A stretch of DNA of 64,000 bases, taken from assembly GCA_051971635.1 (NCBI GenBank), contig JBFPLN010000001.1, forward strand, positions 192,001 through 256,000, written 5' to 3'. The position numbers and the translations under genes were made by a program. Origin of the DNA: Candidatus Atelocyanobacterium thalassae (GTDB taxonomy: Bacteria; Cyanobacteriota; Cyanobacteriia; Cyanobacteriales; Microcystaceae). Within the stretch, counting starts at the first letter, position 1; every line of letters starts with the position of its first letter. Below are positions 44,237-55,561 of the stretch, in pieces. The notes under the pieces were generated by a model, which was not told the origin of the DNA, searched no databases, and saw nothing but the letters and a program-made list of their open reading frames with translations.

Positions 44237-45568
44237 ATGACATCTTATATAGAAAAACAACAATCAGTTTTGGAAATCCAAGGTCAAAACTCTCTGAATG
44301 GCCAAGTTCGTATAAGTGGTGCCAAAAATTCAGCTTTAGTTCTCATGGCCGGCTCAATTCTGTGCTCCGAGGATTGTCGTCTTAATAATATCCCTGCTTT
44401 GGTTGATATTGATCGTATGTCTCAAATTCTTTCAGCTATTGGAGTACGACTTAAGAAAGATGGGGATAGCATAGATATCAACGCTCAGCACATAGGGCAG
44501 AACAAGGCTCCCTACGAATTAGTATCTCAACTTCGTGCTAGTTTCTTTGTAATTGGTCCTTTGTTAGCAAGGTTGGGTAAAACTCGTGTTCCCTTGCCAG
44601 GAGGTTGTGCTATAGGTGCTAGACCTGTCGATCTTCACGTACGAGGGCTACAAGCTATGGGAGCAGATGTTAAGATTGAACATGGGGTAGTCCACGCTTG
44701 TATTAAAAACAATTACAAGAGACTACAAGGAGCCAAAATCTATTTAGATTATCCTAGTGTTGGCGCTACAGAAACAATCATGATGGCTGCAACTTTAGCA
44801 GAGGGAGAAACTACTATTGAGAACTGTGCTCAAGAACCTGAAATTACTGATTTAGCAAATTTTTGCCGCTCTATGGGAGCAAAAATCAAAGGTGATGGAA
44901 CTAAACGCATTATTATATCGGGAGTAGATTATCTTCATAGCACTGAGTACTCTGTAATCCCTGATCGTATTGAAGCAGGAACACTACTTATAGCAGGAGC
45001 AATTACTCAATCAGAAATTAGCTTATATCCTGTCTTTCCTGAACATTTAGCGTCTATTATTGCGAAGTTAAAAGAAGTTGGCCCTAGGGTTGTAGTTGAA
45101 GGGACAGATTCTGTAAGGTTAATCCCTTGTCCTTTAAAAGCCACTAATTTAAAAACTCTTCCTTTCCCAGGTTTTCCTACAGATATGCAGGCCCAGTTTA
45201 TGGCTTTACTTTGCATTAGCAAAGGAAATAGTGTGATAACAGAAACTGTCTTTGAAAATCGTTTACGTCATATTGCAGAACTACAAAGAATGGGGGCAGA
45301 TATTCGAGTTGAAGGTAATATTGCTATAGTTCAAGGAGTATCTTTCTTGTCTGGCGCTCCTGTTATGGCAACTGATTTAAGGGCTTCTGCTGCTCTTGTT
45401 TTAGCTGGTTTGGCTGCTCATGGAAAAACAACTATACAAGGATTACACCATCTTGATCGTGGGTATGACAATTTAGAAGGTAAACTGCGTAAATTAGGAG
45501 CAAACTTACGTCGAGTCAGTATTTCTTGTGATGAAAAAAGCTCGACAGAACATCCTGTTCAATTTTAA
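44237..45568 (+). CDS. murA: UDP-N-acetylglucosamine 1-carboxyvinyltransferase
   Basis: [49 protein letters not shown]. Confidence 0.98.
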   Translation: MTSYIEKQQSVLEIQGQNSLNGQVRISGAKNSALVLMAGSILCSEDCRLNNIPALVDIDRMSQILSAIGVRLKKDGDSIDINAQHIGQNKAPYELVSQLRASFFVIGPLLARLGKTRVPLPGGCAIGARPVDLHVRGLQAMGADVKIEHGVVHACIKNNYKRLQGAKIYLDYPSVGATETIMMAATLAEGETTIENCAQEPEITDLANFCRSMGAKIKGDGTKRIIISGVDYLHSTEYSVIPDRIEAGTLLIAGAITQSEISLYPVFPEHLASIIAKLKEVGPRVVVEGTDSVRLIPCPLKATNLKTLPFPGFPTDMQAQFMALLCISKGNSVITETVFENRLRHIAELQRMGADIRVEGNIAIVQGVSFLSGAPVMATDLRASAALVLAGLAAHGKTTIQGLHHLDRGYDNLEGKLRKLGANLRRVSISCDEKSSTEHPVQF

Positions 45569-46194
45569 GATTCATTTTTTAAATTATTAATGATTAGAAT
45601 ATATAAGCATCAAATGGTCTAACTTATATTTTTTTGTAAGTTTAATCAATTGGTATCGTTTAGAACATTGCAAACAGGAAATTAAATCTTTATTAGTTGT
45701 GATTTAAATGCTAGATTTAAACAACAAAAATATACTTGTTCAAGTTACTAAATTATGTATACTCTAAAGAAAATAATATGAATCAATTTCTTATTAAACA
45801 AGTTCTTTTATATTGACTTGATTATATAGAGGCTTACGAGTTGTTGATAAGAAGATTATTTTATTTAAGATAATTTGTTTTTAAGCTTTATAAATTAGAA
45901 ATATCTAAGCCAGTAAGGAATAATGACAAAGGCAAGCCTTGTCTGTACTACATAAAAATTATAAATATTTAACTTAATTGTAGTTTGGTTTAGAAACTTA
46001 TTGTTTTTAACTTATATTTTTTAATCAATATTCGATTATTTTTTTATTCCCTGACTGGCCATTTACCGATAATATAAGTAATACTAAAAAGGCTTAGTAG
46101 TAAATTTAGATTTTAGGAAATGGTAAATTCCGCCCCATTTCCTACTCATCATAGTCATTTTGATGAGGTATTTAGCGGTTAATAGTAAAAATTA

Positions 46195-46443
46195 ATGAAC
46201 CAAGAAATATTTGAAAAAGTAAAAGTTATTGTTATCGATAAACTTGAAGTAAAAGAAGAACAAGTTACACTCGAAGCAAATTTTGCTAATGATTTAAGCG
46301 CCGATTCTTTAGATACAGTTGAACTAGTAATGGCTCTAGAAGATGAATTCGACATTGAAATTCCTGATGATGATGCCGAAAACATCAGTACTGTAAAAGC
46401 AGCTGTTGATTATATCGAACAGGCTAAGGGTAAGGACCTATAG
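46195..46443 (+). CDS. acpP: Acyl carrier protein
   Basis: [17 protein letters not shown] phosphopantetheine motif; upstream of fabF. Confidence 0.97.
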   Translation: MNQEIFEKVKVIVIDKLEVKEEQVTLEANFANDLSADSLDTVELVMALEDEFDIEIPDDDAENISTVKAAVDYIEQAKGKDL

Positions 46444-46526
46444 TTAAAATAATTTAAGTTTAAATTTCTCTATTACCTCTCCTAGCTATGATATGAGCTA
46501 AATTAGAGTTTTAATAATCGATAATC

Positions 46527-47786
46527 ATGATAAATTCACATTTAAAAAAAGTAGTTATAACAGGATTAGGTGCAATTACTCCTATTGGCAATAATCTTAA
46601 TGAATATTGGAATAGTCTAATGAACGGACGTAGTGGAGTCACCAAAATTAGCTATTTTGATGCTCAGTATCATGTTTGTCGCATTGCAGGAGAGGTTAAA
46701 GATTTCAACCCCTATGATTATTTAGATCGTAAAGATGTAAAGCGTATGGACCGCTTTTGTCAATTTGGGGTATCAGCTAGTTTACAAGCATTGGCTGATT
46801 CACAATTGGTAATTAATGAAGTTAATGCTGATCAAATAGGAATTATTATTGGTACCGGAATAGGTGGGGTAAAAGTTCTCGAAGATCAGCAAGAGATTTA
46901 TTTAAATCGTGGTCCTAGTCGTTGCAGCCCTTTCACAATTCCTACAATGATTGGCAATATGGCTTCTGGACTCACAGCTATTTATACAGGAGCTAAGGGC
47001 CCTAATACATGTACTGTAACAGCTTGTGCTGCCGGTTCTCATGCTATTGGTGATGCTTTTAGGCTCATACAACAAGGCTATGCTAAAGCAATGATATGTG
47101 GTGGAGCGGAAGCAGCAATTACTCCTTTATCATTAGCAGGATTTGGCTCTGCAAAAGCTTTATCCACCAGGAATAATAGCCCTGAAGAAGCTAGTCGCCC
47201 TTTTGATAAAGATCGGGATGGATTTGTTATGGGCGAAGGCTCAGGTATTTTAGTACTTGAAGAATTAGAGCATGCTCTTAAAAGAAAAGCTAAGATCTAC
47301 GGGGAAATTATAGGTTATGGTATGACATGTGATGCTTACCATATGACTGCGCCATCACCTGATGGTGATGGCGCTTCTCGAGCTATAAAACTTGCCTTAA
47401 AAGACGGTAATATTAATCCTGAACAAGTAGGCTATATTAATGCACATGGTACAAGTACTACAGCAAATGACATCATAGAGACGAAGGCAATCAAGAAAAT
47501 TTTTAAGGATCATGCTTATAATATTCCTATAAGTTCAACTAAATCAATGACAGGGCATTTATTAGGTGGCTCAGGAGGAATTGAGGCAGTGGCAACAGTT
47601 ATGGCTATTGCTAAACAAAAAATCCCTCCTACGATTAATCTCGACAATCCAGATCTTGAGTGTGATCTTGATTATGTTCCTGAAAGAAGTCGTTCGATAA
47701 AACTAGATATTGCATTATCTAATTCTTTTGGCTTCGGAGGACATAATGTTACATTGGCATTTAGAAAGTATAATGACAATGAGTGA
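46527..47786 (+). CDS. fabF: Beta-ketoacyl-ACP synthase II
   Basis: VVITGLG, TACAAG, SRPFDKDRDGFV, NAHGTST, KSMTGHLLG, NSFGFGGHN. Confidence 0.98.
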   Translation: MINSHLKKVVITGLGAITPIGNNLNEYWNSLMNGRSGVTKISYFDAQYHVCRIAGEVKDFNPYDYLDRKDVKRMDRFCQFGVSASLQALADSQLVINEVNADQIGIIIGTGIGGVKVLEDQQEIYLNRGPSRCSPFTIPTMIGNMASGLTAIYTGAKGPNTCTVTACAAGSHAIGDAFRLIQQGYAKAMICGGAEAAITPLSLAGFGSAKALSTRNNSPEEASRPFDKDRDGFVMGEGSGILVLEELEHALKRKAKIYGEIIGYGMTCDAYHMTAPSPDGDGASRAIKLALKDGNINPEQVGYINAHGTSTTANDIIETKAIKKIFKDHAYNIPISSTKSMTGHLLGGSGGIEAVATVMAIAKQKIPPTINLDNPDLECDLDYVPERSRSIKLDIALSNSFGFGGHNVTLAFRKYNDNE

Positions 47787-47879
47787 TTAAAGTTTAAGAT
47801 ATTTTTTTAGAATACAAATAAAGCTTAACTAGTCAGTTAAGCTTTATTTGTATTCTAAAAAAATATCTTAAACTTTAAT
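47786..47879. repeat. Perfect 45-bp inverted repeat with 4-nt loop, starting at the fabF stop codon
   Basis: attaaagtttaagatatttttttagaatacaaataaagcttaact (47786-47830), agtc loop, then the exact reverse complement (47835-47879). Confidence 0.95.
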
Positions 47880-47969
47880 TATCTGCAATATAAACAAATT
47901 ATATCTTATATACTTTTTTAATCATATTAAAGATAGATTAAAATAAATTCGCAATATTATCTTAAATTT

Positions 47970-48974
47970 ATGAAAATAACTTCTAATACTTTAGAAACGG
48001 AGCTAAAATTACTCCAAGAAGAAGCTTTAAAAGAAATATGTTCTATCACAAATCTAAAAGATTTAGAACAGATTCGAATTTACTATTTAGGAAAAAAGGG
48101 GAAATTATCTCAAATTTTACGAGGAATGGGTCAACTGGATCCCCTAAAAAGACCTCATGTTGGTTTATTCGCAAACAAAGTTAAAGATGCTGTTCAAGAA
48201 CAGTTAGACAAAAAACTTGATAATTTAAGTTCTGCTGAATTAAAAACTAAAATTATCTCAGAAACTTTAGATGTTACGATGCCTGGGGAAAGTCGTCCTT
48301 TAGGTAGTATTCATCCATTAAATAATACTACAGATAGAATATTAGATATTTTTATTGGATTAGGTTATCAAATTTCTACAGGACCCCATATTGAAACAGA
48401 TTATTACAACTTCGAAGCTTTAAATATACCTCCCGACCACCCAGCCAGGGATATGCAAGATACATTCTTTCTAACAAATGGTGATTTAATGAGAACTCAC
48501 ACATCACCTGTACAAATTCACTATATGGAAAATAATACTCCACCTATTAGAATAGTTGCGCCTGGTAGAGTATATCGTCGAGATACCGTAGATTCAACTC
48601 ATTCTGCTGTATTTCACCAAATAGAAATCTTGGCAGTTGACAAAGAGTTAACATTCACAAATCTGAAAGGAACTGTTAGAGAGTTTTTGCGCCAAATTTT
48701 TGGAGAAGATTTACCAATCAAATTTCGCGCTAGTTATTTTCCTTTCACTGAGCCTTCTATAGAAGTAGATGTTCAATGGAAAGGAAAGTGGTTGGAAGTC
48801 ATGGGTTGTGGGATGGTAGATCCAAATGTTTTAAAAGCTGTGGGATACGATCCAGAAATTTATACTGGGTTTGCAGCTGGATTAGGAGTTGAAAGGTTTG
48901 CCATGGTACTACATAAGATTGACGATATTCGGCGTTTTTATACTAATGACTTACGCTTTTTGGAGCAATTCTAA
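47970..48974 (+). CDS. pheS: Phenylalanine--tRNA ligase alpha subunit
   Basis: [40 protein letters not shown]. Confidence 0.98.
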   Translation: MKITSNTLETELKLLQEEALKEICSITNLKDLEQIRIYYLGKKGKLSQILRGMGQLDPLKRPHVGLFANKVKDAVQEQLDKKLDNLSSAELKTKIISETLDVTMPGESRPLGSIHPLNNTTDRILDIFIGLGYQISTGPHIETDYYNFEALNIPPDHPARDMQDTFFLTNGDLMRTHTSPVQIHYMENNTPPIRIVAPGRVYRRDTVDSTHSAVFHQIEILAVDKELTFTNLKGTVREFLRQIFGEDLPIKFRASYFPFTEPSIEVDVQWKGKWLEVMGCGMVDPNVLKAVGYDPEIYTGFAAGLGVERFAMVLHKIDDIRRFYTNDLRFLEQF

Positions 48975-49083
48975 CTTTAGAATTATATTCTGAGTTGTAA
49001 ACTTAATTAAATACTAATGATTATTGAAATTAGTAGGAAAATACTTTTAAACACTAATATACTAGTACATATATAATTGATTT

Positions 49084-49455
49084 TCAATCCTGAATATACT
49101 CTGTTCCTTGAATCATAGCTATTTCAGCTTTCATAAACTCTCTACCAAGATAAGCAGCATGATCTAACATCGTAATAGAACAATTATCATTATTCTCAAT
49201 AATTTTGATACATAGTTCTTTTGCACTACGTGCTGTAAAAATTTGTGTAGCATTACGAACTATTTTATTTCTTACAGAAATAACCTCTCCACTTTCTGGA
49301 TCAATTGCTAGTCCTTTATCATTGATTTTATTTGTAAAATACTTAGCACAAATAAGATTTTGGCTACGATCAATATAAATTATGAAATACCCTCCTGGAT
49401 CAAGTTTTATGTAGCGTTTAGAAAGTTTTTCATCAAGCTGTTTAACTGTTTCCAT
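49084..49455 (-). CDS. DUF4346 domain protein (stand-alone)
   Basis: LDPGGYFIIY...ARSAKEL...DHAAYLGREFMKAE...YIQD. Confidence 0.82.
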   Translation of the reverse strand: METVKQLDEKLSKRYIKLDPGGYFIIYIDRSQNLICAKYFTNKINDKGLAIDPESGEVISVRNKIVRNATQIFTARSAKELCIKIIENNDNCSITMLDHAAYLGREFMKAEIAMIQGTEYIQD

Positions 49456-49554
49456 TAATCTATTTTATTTGTAATATTGTTTTGTTAAAGGTAAATATAT
49501 TTAAAATTTGAGTAATGAATAGTGTGTATAGGAAATATTCTATCTTAGCTGTAT

Positions 49555-51312
49555 TTATTTTTTAGCAGTACCAGAATATACTTGTCCCTTTTCAATATCT
49601 ATAGTAATAATTATTCCTTCAGATATATTCTTAGTTGCATTCTTAAAGTCAAGAATAACTGGTATACCTAAACGAGTTCCAATTACTGCAGCGTGACTAG
49701 TCAAGCTTGATTCCTCTGTAATAATTCCTGATGCTTTTCTCATAATTTCTACAAATTGTGCATCGGTTTTAGGTACTACTAAAATATCCCCTGATTCGAA
49801 ATTATTCAAGTCTTTAGCATAATTGGCAATTCTTGCTCTACCACTTGCCAAACCTTGTCCAACTCCGATCCCTTTACCTAATATTGCCCGAATTGTTTCT
49901 ATTTTTATCAAATCAGTCGATCCTGTTATTCCCTGAATACTTCCGGCTGTCATGACTACTAAATCTCCATCCTGAAGTAATTCTTTTTCTTGAGCTATAT
50001 TAATTGCAGATTGAAAAGTTTGAGTGGCTGATGGTGAATCAAGAACTAACAAGGTTTCTAATCCCCAAACTAACTGTAATTGTCTTGCAACATCTGCCCG
50101 AGGAGTTACAGCTAATATCGGAATACGAGGACGAAATTTAGAAACATTACGAGCAGTCAAACCTGTTTTTGTTAAAGATACTATAGCAGCTGCGTTTAAT
50201 TGTTCTGCAATTTGACTGACCGCTGCTGAAATTGCGTTAGTAATAGACTGTCTTCTTTCAGAAGAATTTTTTATAGTTGTAGGTTCTTTTTCTATACGTT
50301 CAGCGATAGTGGACATAGTTTCTACTGCTTGGACAGGATATTTTCCTACAGCTGTCTCATTTGATAGCATGACTGCATCAGTACCATCTAAAATAGCATT
50401 AGCTACGTCAGATACTTCTGCACGAGTAGCACGAGGATTATTCACCATGCTATCCAACATTTGAGTAGCAGTAATTACAGGAATTCCTAAACTATTTGCA
50501 GTAGAAATTAATCGTTTTTGTAAAATAGGGACATCTTCTGGTGGTAACTCAACTCCTAAATCTCCTCTAGCTACCATGACACCATCACATAAATTAAGAA
50601 TTTCTTTCATATTTTTGATAGCTTCATGTTTTTCAATTTTTGCAATTATCGGAACATTTTTCCCTGCATTTGTAATAATTTTTTTTACTTCTAAGATATC
50701 TTGTGAATTACGTACAAAGCTTAAAGCAATCCAATCTACTCCATTTTCTAAACCAAAAATTAAATCTTTTTTATCTTTATTTGTTAATGCTCTTACAGAT
50801 AGACAGATTCCAGGAAAATTGACACCTTTATTATTTGATAACGTTCCACCGACAATAACCCTACAATATAAATTTTTATTAGTAAAATCAACCTTTTCGA
50901 CTAGCATTTCAACTTTGCCGTCATCCATTAAAATTCTTGCCTGTTCCGGAACTTCTTCCACTAAATGCTTATATGTAACGTAACTAATTTCATTATTACA
51001 TTCTACTTCTCGGCTTGTAAGAGTAAAAGAATCACCATTCTCAAGCGTAATTGAGTTAGTCTTAAATAATCCAAGACGAATTTTCGGGCCTTGCAAATCT
51101 TGAAGAATAGCTACAGGCTTATTTAACTCAAAAGCAACCTGTCTAATAAGTTGAATACTGTGTGCATGGTACTCATGATCACCATGGGAAAAATTGAGAC
51201 GGAAAGTACTTGCACCGGCTAAAATTAACCTACGCAAAGTTTCTTTATCTTGAGTAGCAGGGCCAATAGTTGCTACTATCTTAGTTCGGCGAGGCATAGA
51301 ATAAGATCGCAT
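49555..51312 (-). CDS. pyk: Pyruvate kinase (with C-terminal PEP-utilising swivel domain)
   Basis: RRTKIVATIGPA, RLNFSHG, DLQGPKIR, AKIE, MVARGDLG, ATQMLDSM; C-terminal ITEESSLTSHAAV. Confidence 0.98.
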   Translation of the reverse strand: MRSYSMPRRTKIVATIGPATQDKETLRRLILAGASTFRLNFSHGDHEYHAHSIQLIRQVAFELNKPVAILQDLQGPKIRLGLFKTNSITLENGDSFTLTSREVECNNEISYVTYKHLVEEVPEQARILMDDGKVEMLVEKVDFTNKNLYCRVIVGGTLSNNKGVNFPGICLSVRALTNKDKKDLIFGLENGVDWIALSFVRNSQDILEVKKIITNAGKNVPIIAKIEKHEAIKNMKEILNLCDGVMVARGDLGVELPPEDVPILQKRLISTANSLGIPVITATQMLDSMVNNPRATRAEVSDVANAILDGTDAVMLSNETAVGKYPVQAVETMSTIAERIEKEPTTIKNSSERRQSITNAISAAVSQIAEQLNAAAIVSLTKTGLTARNVSKFRPRIPILAVTPRADVARQLQLVWGLETLLVLDSPSATQTFQSAINIAQEKELLQDGDLVVMTAGSIQGITGSTDLIKIETIRAILGKGIGVGQGLASGRARIANYAKDLNNFESGDILVVPKTDAQFVEIMRKASGIITEESSLTSHAAVIGTRLGIPVILDFKNATKNISEGIIITIDIEKGQVYSGTAKK

Positions 51313-51848
51313 GATAATTTTAATAAAATATAATAACTAATAATTGATATTTGATGAAAAGTTAAGTCTTTCTTTAAAATTATACGAAAAATTGTTATTA
51401 TTTAAATATTTTTCTCGTATTCTTTGTATTTTCTAATTGTAGAATTAGATAATCAGCAAAGTTAAGATATGGTTAAATTAATCTTGTATTTTCTTTTAAT
51501 AAAATTGAGAGACAAATTTTTAAGATCCAAGATTTTTTAAAATACTTTACTGCTTATATTAAGCTTATAGATTAAAAGATGAATATCAATAAAAATAACT
51601 ATATGAGATATGAAACTTAATTTATAAATAGACATCAAGTTATTTTAAGTAAATAAATATTTTTACGATTAGATTTTATATAGATAATTTTTTTGAAACC
51701 TTTTTTCTGTATGATAATTACTTAAGAATATTTTATTTTAATAATTTTTCAATTAGATTCTTGAACTCATATATAATAAGTTTGAGTTAGAGTTATTTTT
51801 AATAATAACCGACAATAAATTAATATCACTTGTAAACTTACAGGCTAA

Positions 51849-52778
51849 ATGAAAATACTAGTTACAGGGGGTGCTGGTTTCATTGGTTCCCATCTTATTG
51901 ATCGTTTAATGGAAAAGGGACACGATGTCCTTTGCTTAGATAATTTCTATACTGGCAGCAAAAATAATATTTTGAAATGGATTGGCAATCCTTGCTTTGA
52001 GTTAATTCGCCATGACATAACTGAACCTATTCGTTTAGAAGTTGATCGAATTTATCACTTAGCATGTCCTGCTTCTCCAATTCATTACCAACATAATCCT
52101 GTAAAAACCATTAAAACTAATGTATTGGGAACGCTAAATATGCTGGGCCTCGCTAAAAGGGTTAATGCACGTATTTTACTGGCGTCCACTTCTGAAGTAT
52201 ATGGAGATCCGGATATACATCCTCAGAATGAAGAGTATAATGGAAATGTAAATTGCACCGGTTTAAGAGCTTGTTATGACGAAGGCAAAAGAGTAGCTGA
52301 AACTTTAGCATTTGAGTATCATAGAGAGCATAAAACAGATATTCGAGTAGCACGTATTTTTAATACATATGGACCTAGAATGGCAGAAAACGATGGTAGA
52401 GTTGTAAGCAATCTTATTGTGCAAGCTTTACAAAACAAGTTTTTGACCATCTATGGAAATGGATCTCAAACTCGAAGCTTCTGCTATATTTCTGACATGG
52501 CAGAAGGATTAATAAGATTAATGAATGGAAATTATATAGGTCCACTAAATCTAGGCAATCCTGATGAGTACACTATCCTAGAGCTGGCTAAAACTATTCA
52601 AAAGATGACTAAGTCTAAAGCACAATTAATTTATAAAGAATTACCTAAAGATGATCCTAAAAAAAGACAACCTGATATTGCAAAAGCTAAACTTTATCTT
52701 GATTGGCAACCAGAATTTTCTTTAGAGAAAGGTTTAGAATTAACAATTCAGCATTTTCAAAATCAAATATTTGAATGA
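51849..52778 (+). CDS. UDP-glucuronate decarboxylase (UDP-xylose synthase)
   Basis: [54 protein letters not shown]; paired with ugd. Confidence 0.93.
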   Translation: MKILVTGGAGFIGSHLIDRLMEKGHDVLCLDNFYTGSKNNILKWIGNPCFELIRHDITEPIRLEVDRIYHLACPASPIHYQHNPVKTIKTNVLGTLNMLGLAKRVNARILLASTSEVYGDPDIHPQNEEYNGNVNCTGLRACYDEGKRVAETLAFEYHREHKTDIRVARIFNTYGPRMAENDGRVVSNLIVQALQNKFLTIYGNGSQTRSFCYISDMAEGLIRLMNGNYIGPLNLGNPDEYTILELAKTIQKMTKSKAQLIYKELPKDDPKKRQPDIAKAKLYLDWQPEFSLEKGLELTIQHFQNQIFE

Positions 52779-52864
52779 TACTTGAATCTATTTAGAGGAA
52801 TTCTAAAGATCTATAAAAGAACAGTTAAATGTCAAACTTTAAATAAATTAAAAAACATAAAATC

Positions 52865-54214
52865 ATGCGTGTTTGTGTTATCGGGACAGGTTATGTTGGG
52901 CTAGTAACTGGAGTTTGCTTAGCTCATATTGGTCATCATGTTATTTGTGTTGATAATAACGAAGAAAAAATCAAATTAATGAAGGCTGGTCAATCTCCTA
53001 TCTATGAACCTGGACTCTCAGAACTAATGTATTCTTCTATGCAGGAAAAACGTTTAGAGTTTACATCAAATTTAGCTAGAGGTGTTCATCATGGAGAAGT
53101 TCTTTTTACTGCGGTGGGTACTCCTGCTTTGACTAATGGAGAAAGTGATACTCGTTACGTTGAAGCCGTTGCAAGAGGTATTGGAGAGAGTTTAAATTGT
53201 GGATACAAGGTGATAGTAAATAAATCTACTGTACCAATTGGTTCTGGAGATTGGGTAAGAATGATTGTCATGGAAGGATTAGCCAAACAAAATAATCCTT
53301 CTATGAAAGTAGAGTTTGATGTTATTAGTAATCCTGAATTTTTGAGGGAAGGATCTGCGGTACATGATACATTTAACCCTGATCGTATTGTTCTTGGAGG
53401 TAACAGCAAGCAAGCAATTGATCTAATGAAAGAGCTATATAAACCTTTAATAGAAAGAAAATTTTCTGAAGATAAAGGTTTACCTTTTGTTCCTTTAGTA
53501 GTAACAGACTTAAACTCTGCAGAAATGATAAAATATGCTGCCAATGCATTCTTGGCAACTAAAATTAGTTTTATCAATGAAGTTGCAAATATCTGTGATC
53601 GTGTAGGAGCAGATATCTCTCAAGTTGCACAAGGTATAGGATTAGATTCTCGTATTGGTAATAAATTTTTGAAAGCAGGTATCGGTTGGGGAGGCTCTTG
53701 TTTTCCTAAAGATGTTTCAGCTTTAATTCGTACTGCTAATGATTATAACTATGAGACACAACTATTAAATGCAGCTGTTAGGGTAAACAAAAAGCAAAGA
53801 TTAATAGTTATAGAAAAATTACAACAAGAATTAAAAATTCTTAAAGGTAAAACTATTGGTCTATTAGGACTGACTTTTAAACCAGATACTGATGATATGA
53901 GAGATGCTCCTGCATTAGTAATAATTGAAGAGCTTAACCGCTTAGGAGCTAAGGTAAAAGCGTATGATCCGATTGTTTCTCAATCTGGATTAAGTCATGG
54001 ATTATCAGGAGTTATTATTGAGACTGATGCCGAAATGCTCTCAGACAATTGCGATGCCCTAGTATTAATTACAGATTGGCAAGAATTTCTTAATTTAAAT
54101 TATCAAAAGATGGCTGAAGTCATGATCAATCCAGTTCTTATAGATGGTCGAAACTTTTTAGAACGTTCTAAATTACAAGTTGCTGGCTTCCATTATGTAG
54201 GGATTGGTCGTTAA
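52865..54214 (+). CDS. ugd: UDP-glucose 6-dehydrogenase
   Basis: IGTGYVGL, NKSTVP, SNPEFLREG, KYAANAFLA, GWGGSCFPKD, FKPDTDDMR. Confidence 0.96.
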   Translation: MRVCVIGTGYVGLVTGVCLAHIGHHVICVDNNEEKIKLMKAGQSPIYEPGLSELMYSSMQEKRLEFTSNLARGVHHGEVLFTAVGTPALTNGESDTRYVEAVARGIGESLNCGYKVIVNKSTVPIGSGDWVRMIVMEGLAKQNNPSMKVEFDVISNPEFLREGSAVHDTFNPDRIVLGGNSKQAIDLMKELYKPLIERKFSEDKGLPFVPLVVTDLNSAEMIKYAANAFLATKISFINEVANICDRVGADISQVAQGIGLDSRIGNKFLKAGIGWGGSCFPKDVSALIRTANDYNYETQLLNAAVRVNKKQRLIVIEKLQQELKILKGKTIGLLGLTFKPDTDDMRDAPALVIIEELNRLGAKVKAYDPIVSQSGLSHGLSGVIIETDAEMLSDNCDALVLITDWQEFLNLNYQKMAEVMINPVLIDGRNFLERSKLQVAGFHYVGIGR

Positions 54215-54413
54215 ATATTATCTCAAAAATATTAGTACTCAAGATCTTGATATTATCCTTTTTCTACCCATTTATTACTTCATAAATGAGTAAGTTATTA
54301 CTTTCAATATTTTTATTCAAATAGCAAAAATTAATATTCATATTTTATTTAAAGGGTAAGATGTAAATAGCTAACATAGAGTTTGCTTAATTATTTGTTA
54401 TTAGGATTAGTAT

Positions 54414-55400
54414 ATGATTTGGAGAAGACGTCATATTTTAAGTTTAGCTGATTGGGAGGAAGAAGAATATAACACACTAATCCAAACTGCTTCTAGTTTC
54501 AGCGAAGTTCTATTACGTCATACCAAAAAAGTTCCGGCTCTTCAAGGATTAGTTGTTACTAATATGTTTTTTGAACCGTCTACAAGAACTCGTAGTAGCT
54601 TTGAACTAGCAAGTAAGCGCCTTTCTGCAGATATATTAAATTTTTCTCCAGGAACCTCATCTTTAGCAAAAGGAGAAACGATTCTAGATACAGCTAAAAC
54701 TTATTTAGCTATGGGAGCAAATATTATGGTTATCCGTCATAAACAGGCGGGTGTTCCTCAAATAGTTGCTAATGAAATGGATCGTTTACAAACTGGTATT
54801 AGCGTTTTAAATGCTGGAGATGGAATGCATGAGCATCCTTCTCAAGGATTATTAGATTTATTTACTATTTGTTCTGAACTAGATTCTAATTATCCTAGAT
54901 TAGAATTATTACAAAATAAAAAGATCGTAATTGTTGGTGATATCTTACATTCTAGGGTTGCCCGTTCAAATATATGGAGTCTAACGAAAGCAGGAGCTGA
55001 TGTTCATTTGGTAGGCCCCCCAACACTCCTCCCTAGATGGTTTGAAGACATAAAGAATACACACAACAAAGGACAATTATTTATACATTGGGATTTGGAA
55101 CCTGCTTTAGAAAAAGCAGATTTTATTATGACATTACGCTTACAGAAAGAAAGAATGACAGATGCTTTATTACCTAGCCTGAGAGAATATCACAAATATT
55201 ATGGTATCACGTATAAGCATTTACAGCTTTGTAAGCCTAATGTAAAAATCCTACATCCAGGACCAGTTAACCGTGGAATTGAGATTACTTCTAGTCTAGT
55301 AGATGATCCTAATTTTAGCCTAGTTCAAAAACAAGTTACAAATAGTATTGCCGTTCGTATGGCTTTACTATTCTTACTTGGAACCTTTTCTGAACAATAG
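54414..55400 (+). CDS. pyrB: Aspartate carbamoyltransferase catalytic subunit
   Basis: [44 protein letters not shown]. Confidence 0.97.
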   Translation: MIWRRRHILSLADWEEEEYNTLIQTASSFSEVLLRHTKKVPALQGLVVTNMFFEPSTRTRSSFELASKRLSADILNFSPGTSSLAKGETILDTAKTYLAMGANIMVIRHKQAGVPQIVANEMDRLQTGISVLNAGDGMHEHPSQGLLDLFTICSELDSNYPRLELLQNKKIVIVGDILHSRVARSNIWSLTKAGADVHLVGPPTLLPRWFEDIKNTHNKGQLFIHWDLEPALEKADFIMTLRLQKERMTDALLPSLREYHKYYGITYKHLQLCKPNVKILHPGPVNRGIEITSSLVDDPNFSLVQKQVTNSIAVRMALLFLLGTFSEQ

Positions 55401-55513
55401 TAATAATATTTTAATTCTTTAAGTAAATCATTTATATTCTTTAAAAGATAAAAGTTCTTATGAATAAGATAAATTTTAAATACATTCTTATCTTAACTTT
55501 TTTGATTAGTTTA

Positions 55514-55557
55514 AATAATTAAAAAAGTTAAGACTCTATTGAATTTTTTTAATTATT
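55514..55557. terminator. 13-bp inverted repeat between convergent pyrB and hemN
   Basis: aataattaaaaaa (55514-55526) and ttttttaattatt (55545-55557), next to the hemN stop. It is A/T-only, so less significant. Confidence 0.45.
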
Positions 55558-55561
55558 GAGT

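Noticed and set aside
40472..48974. pheS and pheT unlinked and on opposite strands
   Set aside because: Separation of pheS and pheT is common in cyanobacteria.
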